64,000 nucleotides of DNA, from assembly GCA_023245155.1 (NCBI GenBank), contig JAHFKV010000001.1, forward strand, positions 597,395-661,394. Reading direction: 5' to 3'. Both the position numbers and the translations under genes were made by a program. Under the pieces are notes generated by a model. That model saw only the letters and a list, made by a program, of their open reading frames with translations, was not told where the DNA came from and did not search any database. This DNA is from Candidatus Staskawiczbacteria bacterium. GTDB lineage: Bacteria; Patescibacteriota; Minisyncoccia; Minisyncoccales; Staskawiczbacteraceae. This document shows, piece by piece, positions 34,897-44,028 of the stretch. Position 1 is the stretch's first letter; the number at the start of each line of letters is the position of its first letter.

Positions 34897-35583
34897 TTAC
34901 ACACTAGCAGATTCCACGATTTTTACAAACTCATCCGCCTTCAGCGATGCGCCGCCAGGCAGCAAACCATCAACCACTTCCAAATACTCTTTGGCATTAG
35001 CGGCATTAGTACTACCTCCGTAAATAACCCTTACATTCTCATCACCAAGTATCTTTTTAATTAAATCAGCAGATTCCTTCACAATCTGGGGCGTAGGTAA
35101 TGCTTTTGTTTTATACGGGTCTCCAGTACTAATCGCCCATACCGGCTCGTAAGCTACAATCACACCGGAAACTCCGGCGAGTTGCTGACGCAACACTTCT
35201 TCTTTATTTTCGCCTTCATTTTCACCAACACACAAAATAACTTTTAACCCGGCCGTAAGAGCAGCTTGCATTTTTTTAGCAACTAATTCACTGGTTTCGC
35301 CTAACTTACGCCGCTCGGAATGTCCCACCAATACATATTCTACCCCTAAATCTTTTAACTGGGTTGGGGAAATTTCGCCGGTAAACGTGCCCCTTTCTTC
35401 ATAGAAAACATCCTGTGCTCCCAATGGCAGTCCTTTCAATTGAGACAAGTAAATAAATGGTGGGCAAATCACCACTTCAGCCTTGGCACCTTTGATACCA
35501 TCCTTGATGGCATCAAAAAGTTCCTGCGCCTCTTTCAAGCTTGCCGGATTCATTTTCCAGTTACCTACAACTAACTTTTTCAT
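34897..35583 (-). CDS. tpiA: triosephosphate isomerase
   Basis: MKKLVVGNWKMN, VLVGHSERR, VAYEPVWAIGTG-like VAYEPVWAISTG and YGGS. Confidence 0.9.
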   Translation of the reverse strand: MKKLVVGNWKMNPASLKEAQELFDAIKDGIKGAKAEVVICPPFIYLSQLKGLPLGAQDVFYEERGTFTGEISPTQLKDLGVEYVLVGHSERRKLGETSELVAKKMQAALTAGLKVILCVGENEGENKEEVLRQQLAGVSGVIVAYEPVWAISTGDPYKTKALPTPQIVKESADLIKKILGDENVRVIYGGSTNAANAKEYLEVVDGLLPGGASLKADEFVKIVESASV

Positions 35584-35608
35584 ACTCCAATAGTAATACA
35601 TTTTTTAT

Positions 35609-35641
35609 AAAAAAAGAAGCCCGGGTAGTGCTCTACCCGGG
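35609..35641 (-). terminator. terminator of cassette F
   Basis: Minus strand reads CCCGGGTAGagcaCTACCCGGG followed by CTTCTTTTTTT. Confidence 0.75.
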
Positions 35642-35659
35642 TCCGAGACTCATCTCTTC

Positions 35660-35944
35660 TTATGCTGAGATAAGCTCCCCGCCCACCACCCTTACGGTGG
35701 CGCCAACGTTGAACTTGCCTGCCTTCTTCACCGACACTAGAATCGGGGCGGGGAGCTTCTCCCCATTCGACCGGACGAGATGAAACTTGAAGTAGCCAGC
35801 CGTGGGTGGCTCCTCGATGTGTTGAACCTTCAACACTTCGCCATCTTCGGCGACGCGGGCCCTCCGACCCTTTCGGAAAGCCATGATACCGGCGATCACG
35901 GCAATTGCGAGCCCCACGCCAAGGCCACTGAAAAAATTCAACAT
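35660..35944 (-). CDS. hypothetical 94-aa N-terminally anchored protein (GC-rich cassette F)
   Basis: MLNFFSGLGVGLAIAVIAGIMAFRKGRR followed by a soluble domain. SD GAGGA lies 7 nt upstream. Confidence 0.5.
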   Translation of the reverse strand: MLNFFSGLGVGLAIAVIAGIMAFRKGRRARVAEDGEVLKVQHIEEPPTAGYFKFHLVRSNGEKLPAPILVSVKKAGKFNVGATVRVVGGELISA

Positions 35945-36009
35945 CTTTCTATCCTCATGGGCGAAACCGAGGGGAACCCCCTCAAATTGTCAAAAAACAC
36001 CATGGTCTC

Positions 36010-36038
36010 ATTGTACACCCATCCTATACTTCTGTCAA
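36010..36038 (-). promoter_or_regulatory. cassette F promoter TTGACA-N17-TACAAT
   Basis: Minus strand reads TTGACAgaagtataggatgggtgTACAAT. The -35 lies inside the last codons of map (KVLTEV). Confidence 0.5.
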
Positions 36039-36770
36039 TACCTTGCAACCATCCTTGGTGATTACCAGCGTATGTTCAAAATGAGCACTCAATGAGCCAT
36101 CGCGGGTGGCAAATCCATAACCATCTTTGGCTTTCTTAATAGTAATACCCCCCATGGTTAACATGGGTTCAATGCAAATCACCATACCTGCTTCCAGCTT
36201 GGTGCCTTTATGGCGTTGGCCATAATTGGGAACCCCGGGATCTTCATGCACAAGTTTCCCAATGCCATGGCCCTGAAGATCGCGCACCACACCGAATCCC
36301 TGGTCCTCCACATAACGCTGAATAGTGCTGCCAATATCGCCCGTAGTCACCCCGGCCCGGGCTTTTTTAATACCAAGCCGCAAGGCGGTTTTAGTAACGG
36401 TCATCAAGCGCCTTGTTTCAAAGGGAATTTCACCAACGGCCACGCTCACCGCCATGTCGGTGTTATAGCCTTTCCACAAAACACCTAAATCCAGGCCCAC
36501 CATGTCGCCATTTTTTAACACATAGTTTGAAGGAAACCCGTGTACAATCACATCATTCACCGAAGTGCACAGCGAATACGGAAAACCCTCATAGCCCTTA
36601 AACGCCGGCTTAGCCCCCGCAGCCAAAATCAAGGCCTCTGCAGCCTTGTCTAATTCTAGGGTGGTAATTCCCTCCACCGCCATTTTCTGAACTTCCTTCA
36701 AAACGGTGGCTAGGATTCTCCCGCCTTCTTTCATGACTTGAATTTCTTCAGGCGTTTTTATTAAATTCAT
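36024..36770 (-). CDS. map: methionine aminopeptidase type I
   Basis: 248 aa with metal ligands in VNDVIVHG, DLGV, GHGIG, ICIEP and HFEHT. Confidence 0.9.
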   Translation of the reverse strand: MNLIKTPEEIQVMKEGGRILATVLKEVQKMAVEGITTLELDKAAEALILAAGAKPAFKGYEGFPYSLCTSVNDVIVHGFPSNYVLKNGDMVGLDLGVLWKGYNTDMAVSVAVGEIPFETRRLMTVTKTALRLGIKKARAGVTTGDIGSTIQRYVEDQGFGVVRDLQGHGIGKLVHEDPGVPNYGQRHKGTKLEAGMVICIEPMLTMGGITIKKAKDGYGFATRDGSLSAHFEHTLVITKDGCKVLTEV

Positions 36771-37339
36771 TTTTTAATTTGACTTAGAAATTCATTGAGC
36801 TGTTTTTTTGCCTCTTTGACGGTTCCGATATTAATAATCGTAACGTCAGCCATGGCAATCGGACCGCCTTTTTCTATATTTTCTATTTCAGCATAATCTC
36901 GTGCCTGTGACTTATCTCTGGGAATAGATCTAAAGCGAGAATCCGTATCCCCCTCAGCTGATCTTTTTTCCAATCTTTCATATCGCAGGACTGGTGGCGC
37001 ATAAATAGCTACCACGCGCATGGCGCCCTCATACCTTTCTTTCAGCAACTTATACTCTGTCCAGCTATATAAACCATCACCCACCACGTTTGACTTTTGT
37101 AAAAGCGCATCAAATGTTGGGATATTCAGCAGAGCCATTGCCCCCATGCCATGTTGCTGCCTTAGTTCTTCGCGAACATTTTTTTCATTATCTGCGTTGA
37201 CTCCAAGTCCTCGCTTCTTTACTTCATCAATAACAATCTGATCAAATCGTACATAGGAAAAACCTTGTTTTACCAATTCATCAGCAAGGATGCTCTTACC
37301 GGATCCAGCCATGCCAACAATGAAAACAATCTTATTCAT
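36767..37339 (-). CDS. P-loop nucleotide/nucleoside kinase-like protein
   Basis: 190 aa with Walker A GMAGSGKS at the N-terminus. Sits between adk and map with 1- and 4-nt overlaps. Confidence 0.5.
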   Translation of the reverse strand: MNKIVFIVGMAGSGKSILADELVKQGFSYVRFDQIVIDEVKKRGLGVNADNEKNVREELRQQHGMGAMALLNIPTFDALLQKSNVVGDGLYSWTEYKLLKERYEGAMRVVAIYAPPVLRYERLEKRSAEGDTDSRFRSIPRDKSQARDYAEIENIEKGGPIAMADVTIINIGTVKEAKKQLNEFLSQIKK

Positions 37340-38037
37340 TATTCTTGTCCCAGCACCTTTAAAATTTCTTCGTGAACCTCGGCCACTGAATTCTCTGCAT
37401 TTATTTTGTGTATGGTAATTCCCGCCTTTTCAATAACCTTAATAGCCGGATATGTTTGTTCTTTGTAAATAATTAACCTATTTTCAATAATTTTAGGGTC
37501 ATCAAGGCCTTTCCTATTCACTAATTTTGAGCCGTCTAACGGACACAATGTCAGCTTTTCAGTTTCGGGCGAAAATAAGATAGAATGGCGGATTAATTCA
37601 CAAATGCGCCGGTGGGAATTACGAAATTTAGTGGTGTCAGATGAAATTTCCAGTAAGATAAAGGTTATGTTTTCCAAACCAAATAACTCTTTCAAAATCG
37701 GAATTTCTTTTTCCGCTTCATAGGCGCTGCGGGGATTTCCAGAAAAAATAATGCTTTTATCATCGGCCACCAAATCTTTGATTTTTTGAAGCATTAACTG
37801 CACCACAAACGGCGGACTGGTTAAATTGCCCGCATCCCAGTTTTTTATCTCATCGGCCACTTTATAATCCTTGCCGTCAATGGTAAAAACTTTATCGGGG
37901 CTTTCATGCTTTAAGCAATGCTCTATAACCTTAGATGACTCAAGGTGATAGCATCCCAATTTTTCAGACAACAATTCAGCCTGGATTCCTTTTCCCGCTC
38001 CAGGCTGACCAAATAAAATGATGACTTGTTTACTCAT
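37339..38037 (-). CDS. adk: adenylate kinase
   Basis: MSKQVIILFGQPGAGKG P-loop. Lies in the canonical secY-adk-map position. The ORF track extends to 38082. Confidence 0.8.
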   Translation of the reverse strand: MSKQVIILFGQPGAGKGIQAELLSEKLGCYHLESSKVIEHCLKHESPDKVFTIDGKDYKVADEIKNWDAGNLTSPPFVVQLMLQKIKDLVADDKSIIFSGNPRSAYEAEKEIPILKELFGLENITFILLEISSDTTKFRNSHRRICELIRHSILFSPETEKLTLCPLDGSKLVNRKGLDDPKIIENRLIIYKEQTYPAIKVIEKAGITIHKINAENSVAEVHEEILKVLGQE

Positions 38038-38097
38038 AGATTTATCATAACAAAAATAAAAAAATCCGCCATAGGCGGACAAGCTGGCTGCCGGTTT

Positions 38098-39405
38098 TTA
38101 AAACGTATCGTATTCCCGCATTTGCAGCTGGGCGTTGATTTGGCGCATGGTGTCCAACACCACGCTCACAATAATCAACAGTGAAGTTCCCCCGATTAAA
38201 AAGGTAAAACCAGTAACACCCGTAAGTCCGGCCACAACCGTTGGCAGCACGGCAATCAATCCCAAGAAAATGGCGCCGGTAAATAATACGCGGTTTAAAA
38301 TGTGGGCCAAAAAGTCTTTGGTGGAAGTGCCCGGCCGCACGCCCGGAATAAACCCACCCATTTTTTGCAAATTTTCCGAAATGGCTTTTGGGTCAAAGGT
38401 AACAGCGGTGTAAAAATAGGTAAAGACAATTACCAAAATAAAATACATAACACCGTGCGCCCATTGGTTATTGAAAAAAGCGGCTACAGCGTTGGCAGCA
38501 TTCCCCACCCCACCTGAAATGCCACCTAAAAACCCTGCAATCATCCCTGGAAACAGCAAAATAGAAAGGGCAAAAATAATTGGCATTACCCCGGCCGGAT
38601 TCACGTTCAGCGGTAAATAGGTTGAGCCGCCCCCATACATTTTAGAGCCCCTTACCCGCTTGGCATAGGAAACGGGAATATTCCGACGGGCTTCGGTAAT
38701 TAACACGACGCCCGCGATAATAATAATGGAAGAAACGAAGAACAACAGGTAGGAAGGAATTTTACTGGGGTCATAACTGACAAAGGTTTGAAAAATGTTA
38801 ATGGGCAGCCTGGCCACAATACCCGCAAAAATCAATAATGAAATACCGTTACCCATACCCTGTTCAGTGATAATTTCTCCAAGCCACATTAAAAACATGG
38901 AACCGGCAACAATAGTAATAATAGAACTAGCCATGACCATGGGGCTTAACGCTCCGATCACGCCCTGGCGTTGGAACAAGGTTAACATGCCAAAGCCTTC
39001 AAAGGCAGCCAAGGGAATCGTGGCCAGCCGGCCGTATTGGTTAAATTTCTGCCGGCCTGCCTCGCCCTCTTCTTTGTACATTTTTTCCAAAGCCGGAAAA
39101 ATCATGGTGAGTAATTGCAAAATAATCGTAGCGGTAATGTACGGACCCAAACCGAGCAAAACAATAGAAAAGTTTGAGAGCGCGCCTCCGGAAAAAATGT
39201 TCAACAAGCCAAACACCTGGTTTTGGTCAAAAAACCGGCGTAAATTTTCCGCCCCAATCCCGGGAATGGGAATATTGGCAGCAATTCTGAAAACAACAAA
39301 AAGCCCGATAATAATTAAAAATTTATTCCGTAAATCTTTGCTTTTAAAAAGTGACGTGATTTTTTCGTACCACATGAATTTATGTAGCGAAGCGAGTAAA
39401 TTCAC
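38098..39405 (-). CDS. secY: preprotein translocase subunit SecY
   Basis: 435 aa with 10 TMs. FRIAANIPIPGI, GGALSNFSI and a SecY-typical plug and C-terminus. GTG start, or the downstream ATG (MWYEK). Confidence 0.9.
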   Translation of the reverse strand: MNLLASLHKFMWYEKITSLFKSKDLRNKFLIIIGLFVVFRIAANIPIPGIGAENLRRFFDQNQVFGLLNIFSGGALSNFSIVLLGLGPYITATIILQLLTMIFPALEKMYKEEGEAGRQKFNQYGRLATIPLAAFEGFGMLTLFQRQGVIGALSPMVMASSIITIVAGSMFLMWLGEIITEQGMGNGISLLIFAGIVARLPINIFQTFVSYDPSKIPSYLLFFVSSIIIIAGVVLITEARRNIPVSYAKRVRGSKMYGGGSTYLPLNVNPAGVMPIIFALSILLFPGMIAGFLGGISGGVGNAANAVAAFFNNQWAHGVMYFILVIVFTYFYTAVTFDPKAISENLQKMGGFIPGVRPGTSTKDFLAHILNRVLFTGAIFLGLIAVLPTVVAGLTGVTGFTFLIGGTSLLIIVSVVLDTMRQINAQLQMREYDTF

Positions 39406-39478
39406 TTCAGAAATTCAGGCCTAATTTTTATCAAAGATATTCCTTGTGGCCTGATTTCTGTTGCGACACCTTATTCGC

Positions 39479-39865
39479 CTATTTAATAGTACCGCCGGCT
39501 TTTTCAATGGCAGCCTTGGCGGCGGCTGAAACTTTTACATTTTGTATGGTGAGTTTTTTAGTGAGTTTGCCATTAGCTAAAATTTTAGCTTCATGTTTTA
39601 AGTCAACGGTATCGCCATCCTTATAGTTTTTTTCCAGCCAATCTAAACTCACCACCTTAGTAAGTTTCGGCATTTGTTGGCGGCGATATCCCCTTAATTT
39701 AGGATAACGCTTAATCAGCTCGCGGATTACCGGTGCCAATTTCCTTCCAGACCTGGCAGTCTGTCCCTTGCCTCCCCGGCCAGAATATGTCCCCTTCTTG
39801 CCTCCCCGGCCCACAATCATTCGGTACTTGGACTTATGTTTTGGTTTTAGTTCGTGAGTTTGCAT
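39479..39865 (-). CDS. rplO: 50S ribosomal protein L15
   Basis: GRGGKKGTYSGRGGKGQTARSG. Confidence 0.9.
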   Translation of the reverse strand: MQTHELKPKHKSKYRMIVGRGGKKGTYSGRGGKGQTARSGRKLAPVIRELIKRYPKLRGYRRQQMPKLTKVVSLDWLEKNYKDGDTVDLKHEAKILANGKLTKKLTIQNVKVSAAAKAAIEKAGGTIK

Positions 39866-39866
39866 A

Positions 39867-40412
39867 TTATCTGGCCCTTAACTTTTTTAATGCTTCCATG
39901 GTTGCCCGTGCGTTGTTTAATTTGTTTTTAGTTCCTGAAAGTATCTTGCTGGAAACGTTTTTAATACCGGCTAGGTCACAAATAGTCCGTACCGCTCCCC
40001 CGGCCACCAAGCCCCGGCCTTTCCGTTGGGGTTTTAATAAAATAACTGCGGGGCCGTATTTTGCTTCCACTTGATGGGGAATGGTTCCATCCACAACTAC
40101 CACGTTAATAGCTGATTTTTTTGCCCGGGTAGTGGCTTTTTCAATGGCTTGGGAAACATCTTTTCCCTTATCAATACCAATGCCAATTTTACCTTTTCTG
40201 TCTCCTGCAACTACGATAGCTCTGAAACTCATCCGTTTTCCTCCGCCAGTTACACGGGTAACACGAGCCAAGTCCAACATTTTTGTGTCAAACCCATCAT
40301 TAACAGCCCCCGGTCTGCCGGAACCGAATTTCCGCACAGGACGAAAACCATCCGTATTTCTTGCGGCTTCAACTGGTTTATCGGTAATTGTTTTTTTTAT
40401 TTCTTCTGCCAT
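39867..40412 (-). CDS. rpsE: 30S ribosomal protein S5
   Basis: RVTRVTGGGKRMSFRAIVVAGD...GRGLVAGGAVR. Its stop is 1 nt from the rplO start, so there is no rpmD. Confidence 0.9.
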   Translation of the reverse strand: MAEEIKKTITDKPVEAARNTDGFRPVRKFGSGRPGAVNDGFDTKMLDLARVTRVTGGGKRMSFRAIVVAGDRKGKIGIGIDKGKDVSQAIEKATTRAKKSAINVVVVDGTIPHQVEAKYGPAVILLKPQRKGRGLVAGGAVRTICDLAGIKNVSSKILSGTKNKLNNARATMEALKKLRAR

Positions 40413-40415
40413 GTC

Positions 40416-40760
40416 TTAAAATTTTAACCCGCCTTCTCTGGCACCTTCGGCCACAGCCTTTACTCTGCCGTGATACACGAATCCCCCTCGATCAAACACT
40501 ACACTTTCAATTTTTTTGGCCAAAGCTTCCTTGGCAATCATTTTTCCCACCTCGGTAGAATGATCCACTTTCTTACCCTTGCCCTTCATTTTCACGTCAG
40601 AAACAGAAACCAACACCTTGCCGGCTTCGTCATCAATAAGCTGGGCATACACATGCTTTGCCGATTTAAAAACCGAAAGCCGTGGACGCAGCTTGGTACC
40701 GCTCATCTTAGACCGAATCTTAGCGTGTATTCTGGTTCTTTTTTGTATCTTTACTGACAT
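40416..40760 (-). CDS. rplR: 50S ribosomal protein L18
   Basis: RPRLSVFKSAKHVYAQLIDD...FDRGGFVYHGRVKAVAEGAREGGL. Confidence 0.9.
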   Translation of the reverse strand: MSVKIQKRTRIHAKIRSKMSGTKLRPRLSVFKSAKHVYAQLIDDEAGKVLVSVSDVKMKGKGKKVDHSTEVGKMIAKEALAKKIESVVFDRGGFVYHGRVKAVAEGAREGGLKF

Positions 40761-40765
40761 GGTAT

Positions 40766-41314
40766 TTATTTTTTAGCAGCAACTACTTTCTTGCCTTCCT
40801 TTCTCCTAATCTTTTCGCCTTCATACTTAATTCCTTTTCCCTTATACGGTTCAGCTTTCTTAGTAGCCCGGATTTCTGCGGCAATCTGCCCAACTGCCTG
40901 ATTATCAATTCCAGAAACGGTAATGACGTTTTTTTCAACGGCAAAATGAATGCCTTCCGGTTTCTTGATTTTCACCGGGTTAACAAAGCCTAAATTCAGC
41001 ACCAGTTCATCGCCTTGTAGGGCGGCTTTAAAGCCCACCCCCTCAATTTCTAATTTTTTCTGGAAACCGTTTTGAACGCCTTGCACCATATTAGAAATTA
41101 ATGCCCGGTATAAACCCCACAATCCACGGTCTTTGGTGGGCAATTCCCGCTTTGGGGTAACAAAAAGCTTGCCATCTTTGATTTCAGCTTTAATAGCCTG
41201 ATGGATAATTATTTTCAATTCCCCCTTAGGTCCTTTTACCAAAACATCCTGGCCATTAATGGCAACCGTAACCGTTGAAGGAATTTCAATAAATTTTTTA
41301 CCGATTCTTGACAT
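40766..41314 (-). CDS. rplF: 50S ribosomal protein L6
   Basis: MSRIGKKFIEIPSTVTV...EPYKGKGIKY. Confidence 0.9.
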   Translation of the reverse strand: MSRIGKKFIEIPSTVTVAINGQDVLVKGPKGELKIIIHQAIKAEIKDGKLFVTPKRELPTKDRGLWGLYRALISNMVQGVQNGFQKKLEIEGVGFKAALQGDELVLNLGFVNPVKIKKPEGIHFAVEKNVITVSGIDNQAVGQIAAEIRATKKAEPYKGKGIKYEGEKIRRKEGKKVVAAKK

Positions 41315-41345
41315 AATTGCTAGTTATACCTTATTTTTAACCATT

Positions 41346-41735
41346 TTACCAGACTTCCAGTAACACTTCCCCTCCTAATTTTGCTTTCTTGGCATCTAGG
41401 CCGGTCATCAATCCTTTGGGGGTTGAAATAAGGGAAACGCCGAATCCTCCGCGCACTTTCTTGATTTCAGCGGCTTTGGTGTAAATCCGTTGGCCAGGTT
41501 TTGAAACGCGCTTGGCGCCCTGGATAGCGGGTATTCCGTTATCATATTTTAGCTGCATCTTAATAGCCTTGGTTTTTCCTTTGGCGCCTTTCTTAACTTC
41601 ACCTAAAAATCCCGCCTGGGCCAAGAGCATAGCAACTTCATTTTTTAATTTTGAAAAAGGAACCAAAACCTCGGGCTTTTGGACTGCCTGAGCGTTCCTG
41701 ATTTGATTTAACATGTCTGTAATTGGATCTGTCAT
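41346..41735 (-). CDS. rpsH: 30S ribosomal protein S8
   Basis: DPITDMLNQIRNA...GGEVLLEVW. Confidence 0.9.
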   Translation of the reverse strand: MTDPITDMLNQIRNAQAVQKPEVLVPFSKLKNEVAMLLAQAGFLGEVKKGAKGKTKAIKMQLKYDNGIPAIQGAKRVSKPGQRIYTKAAEIKKVRGGFGVSLISTPKGLMTGLDAKKAKLGGEVLLEVW

Positions 41736-41742
41736 AAGTTTT

Positions 41743-41928
41743 TTACCATGATGATTTTTTAACTCCCGGGATTTCGCCCCTCAATGCCAATTCGCGGAAA
41801 CAAATCCTGCACAGGCCGAACGCCCTCATAAAACCGTGCCGGCGACCGCACTTAAAACACCGATTCACTTTCCGGCTGGAAAATTTCGGCTTGCGTTGTA
41901 CGGCTGCTTTTTGGGATGTTTTTGCCAT
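41743..41928 (-). CDS. rpsN: 30S ribosomal protein S14 type Z (zinc form)
   Basis: 61 aa. [23 protein letters not shown]. Confidence 0.9.
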   Translation of the reverse strand: MAKTSQKAAVQRKPKFSSRKVNRCFKCGRRHGFMRAFGLCRICFRELALRGEIPGVKKSSW

Positions 41929-41930
41929 AA

Positions 41931-42494
41931 TTACTTTGTTTCTTTAATTGGGAAACCCATTAATTTGAATAATTCCATTCCTTTTTCATGATCTTTTGCA
42001 TCTGTCGAAACAGTTACCTGTAATCCGAAAATACCCTTTTCCTTATCCGTTGAAATTTCCGGGAAGTTAATGTGTTCTTTAAATCCAATATTCAAATTCC
42101 CCCCCTTGTCTACCGAACTTGGTTTTAATCCCTGGAAGTCCCTAGACTTTGGCAGCGACAAATAAATCAGTCTTTCTATAAAGTCCCACATCCGCTGCTT
42201 GCGCAAAGTTACCATGGCAGCAATTTCCAAGCCTTCGCGCAGTTTAAAGCCGGCAATGGACTTTTTTGATTTTACCAATGCTGGCGCCTGCCCGACAATA
42301 AGAGCAATATCTTGTGAAATAAGTTTTGCAAATTTATCCCGTTCTCCGGAAGTTTTAGTGGCCACCTCTTTCCCAAATGAACTATTAACGGTGACTTTGG
42401 TAATGCGCGGAACAGCCATCGGATTTTTATACCCGAATTTTTCCATCATTTTCTTAACCACCTCTTTTTTATATTTTTCTTGCAGGTTTTCCAT
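41931..42494 (-). CDS. rplE: 50S ribosomal protein L5
   Basis: [14 protein letters not shown]...GFKLREG...RDFQG. Confidence 0.9.
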   Translation of the reverse strand: MENLQEKYKKEVVKKMMEKFGYKNPMAVPRITKVTVNSSFGKEVATKTSGERDKFAKLISQDIALIVGQAPALVKSKKSIAGFKLREGLEIAAMVTLRKQRMWDFIERLIYLSLPKSRDFQGLKPSSVDKGGNLNIGFKEHINFPEISTDKEKGIFGLQVTVSTDAKDHEKGMELFKLMGFPIKETK

Positions 42495-42500
42495 AATAGT

Positions 42501-42806
42501 TTACACCTCAGACTTACATTTTTTACAAATCCTGAATTTTTTATCGCCATCAATCTTATACCCAAGCCGTGAAGCTTTTCCGCATTTTGGGCACAAAAAC
42601 TTGGTATTCGAAGCTTGCATGGGCAAAGGCACCTTTACCACCTGGCCTTGTTCACCCTGTTGTTTGGGCCGCACATGCTTTGATTTCAAATTCATGCCTT
42701 CAACTAAAATTTTCCCTTCTTTTGGAATTGATTTTAAAATCTTAGCGGTTCTGCCTTTGTCTTTTCCGGAAATAATCAATACATTGTCTCCTTTTTTAAC
42801 TTTCAT
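42501..42806 (-). CDS. rplX: 50S ribosomal protein L24 (with CxxC...CxxC C-terminus)
   Basis: KOW motif VKKGDNVLIISGKDKG. C-terminal CPKCGK...CKKC. Confidence 0.9.
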   Translation of the reverse strand: MKVKKGDNVLIISGKDKGRTAKILKSIPKEGKILVEGMNLKSKHVRPKQQGEQGQVVKVPLPMQASNTKFLCPKCGKASRLGYKIDGDKKFRICKKCKSEV

Positions 42807-42811
42807 AGTAG

Positions 42812-43180
42812 TTACAATAATTCTGCTGCCATTTGGGCAATTTCATTAAAGCCTTTGTCTTTTATTTCTTTAGCAACGGGACCTTGCAAGCGGCTTCCTT
42901 TTGGCAATTTACCATCACCCAGCACCACCACGGCATTATCATCAAACCGGATATATGAACCGTCCTTACGTTTAAATTCTTTGCGTTGGCGGATAATCAC
43001 CGCTTTTACCACCTCGTGCTTTTTCACTAACTTACGCGGCTCGGCTTTTTTCACGGTTCCAACAATAATGTCGCCAATCTGCCCATATCTTCGGCCCGAT
43101 CCGCCAGGCACGTTAACACACTGGATGATTTTAGCTCCGCTGTTATCTGCCACGTTAACCATGGTTCTTAATTGAATCAT
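42812..43180 (-). CDS. rplN: 50S ribosomal protein L14
   Basis: MIQLRTMVNVADNSGAK... Confidence 0.9.
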   Translation of the reverse strand: MIQLRTMVNVADNSGAKIIQCVNVPGGSGRRYGQIGDIIVGTVKKAEPRKLVKKHEVVKAVIIRQRKEFKRKDGSYIRFDDNAVVVLGDGKLPKGSRLQGPVAKEIKDKGFNEIAQMAAELL

Positions 43181-43410
43181 ACCTTTTTAACAATCTTAAA
43201 TTTCTTATCTTTTGACATGGGAGCACATTCTTCAATCTCAACCGTATCGCCTTCTTTATAAGTATTTTGTTCGTTGTGGGCTTTATATCTTGTATGCACT
43301 TTATACCGGCGCTTGTATTTTGGGTGTTCTTTCACGCGTTCCACTTCAACCACAGCAGTTTGCTGCATTTTATCTGACACAATAATTCCTTGGAGCTTTT
43401 TTTTTGGCAT
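43177..43410 (-). CDS. rpsQ: 30S ribosomal protein S17
   Basis: GIIVSDKMQQTAVVEVERVKEHPKYKR. Confidence 0.9.
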   Translation of the reverse strand: MPKKKLQGIIVSDKMQQTAVVEVERVKEHPKYKRRYKVHTRYKAHNEQNTYKEGDTVEIEECAPMSKDKKFKIVKKV

Positions 43411-43411
43411 A

Positions 43412-43597
43412 TTATTTCTTTTCGTTTAACATAGTTAACATTCGGGCAACTTCTTTGCGGATGTTACCAGCTTCTTTCACATTTTTTACCTGGTTTCCAG
43501 CAATTTTAAAACGCATATCGCTAAGCTTTTTCTTAAGCTCGCTAACTTTTTTATTCAAATCCTGGGAACTCATTTTCCGTAATTCTTCTGGTTTCAT
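43412..43597 (-). CDS. rpmC: 50S ribosomal protein L29
   Basis: 61 aa. ELRKMSSQDLNKKVSELKKKL...IRKEVARMLT. Confidence 0.85.
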   Translation of the reverse strand: MKPEELRKMSSQDLNKKVSELKKKLSDMRFKIAGNQVKNVKEAGNIRKEVARMLTMLNEKK

Positions 43598-43599
43598 GG

Positions 43600-44019
43600 T
43601 TAGAGTACATCTCTTTTAACAAATTTTGTCCTGATTGGCAACTTCATGGCCGCTCCTCTTAAGGCCTGCCTGGCAACCTCTTCTTTTAACCCGTCAATTT
43701 CAAAAATAATCCTGCCTGGCTTAATAGCAAACACATAGTGGTGCACCCCTCCTTTCCCTCCTCCCAACGGAACTTCTTCTCCTTTTGAGGTTACGGGTTT
43801 GTCAGTGAAAATCCTGACCCAAACCTTCCCCCCTTTTTTCATGTAACGGATAATGTATCTCCGGGCGCTTTCAATCTGGCGGGCAGTAATCCATTTAGTA
43901 CCCATGGACTTTAATCCAAAACTGCCGAAGTTCAATTCAGTTGCTCGGGTTTCCACTCCTTTAGACTTACCCTTATGCCATTTCCGGTGTTTAACTTTTT
44001 TGGGCATCATTAAGCTCAT
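43600..44019 (-). CDS. rplP: 50S ribosomal protein L16
   Basis: MMPKKVKHRKWHKG...ITARQIESARR. Confidence 0.9.
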   Translation of the reverse strand: MSLMMPKKVKHRKWHKGKSKGVETRATELNFGSFGLKSMGTKWITARQIESARRYIIRYMKKGGKVWVRIFTDKPVTSKGEEVPLGGGKGGVHHYVFAIKPGRIIFEIDGLKEEVARQALRGAAMKLPIRTKFVKRDVL

Positions 44020-44028
44020 GTTCGTGTT

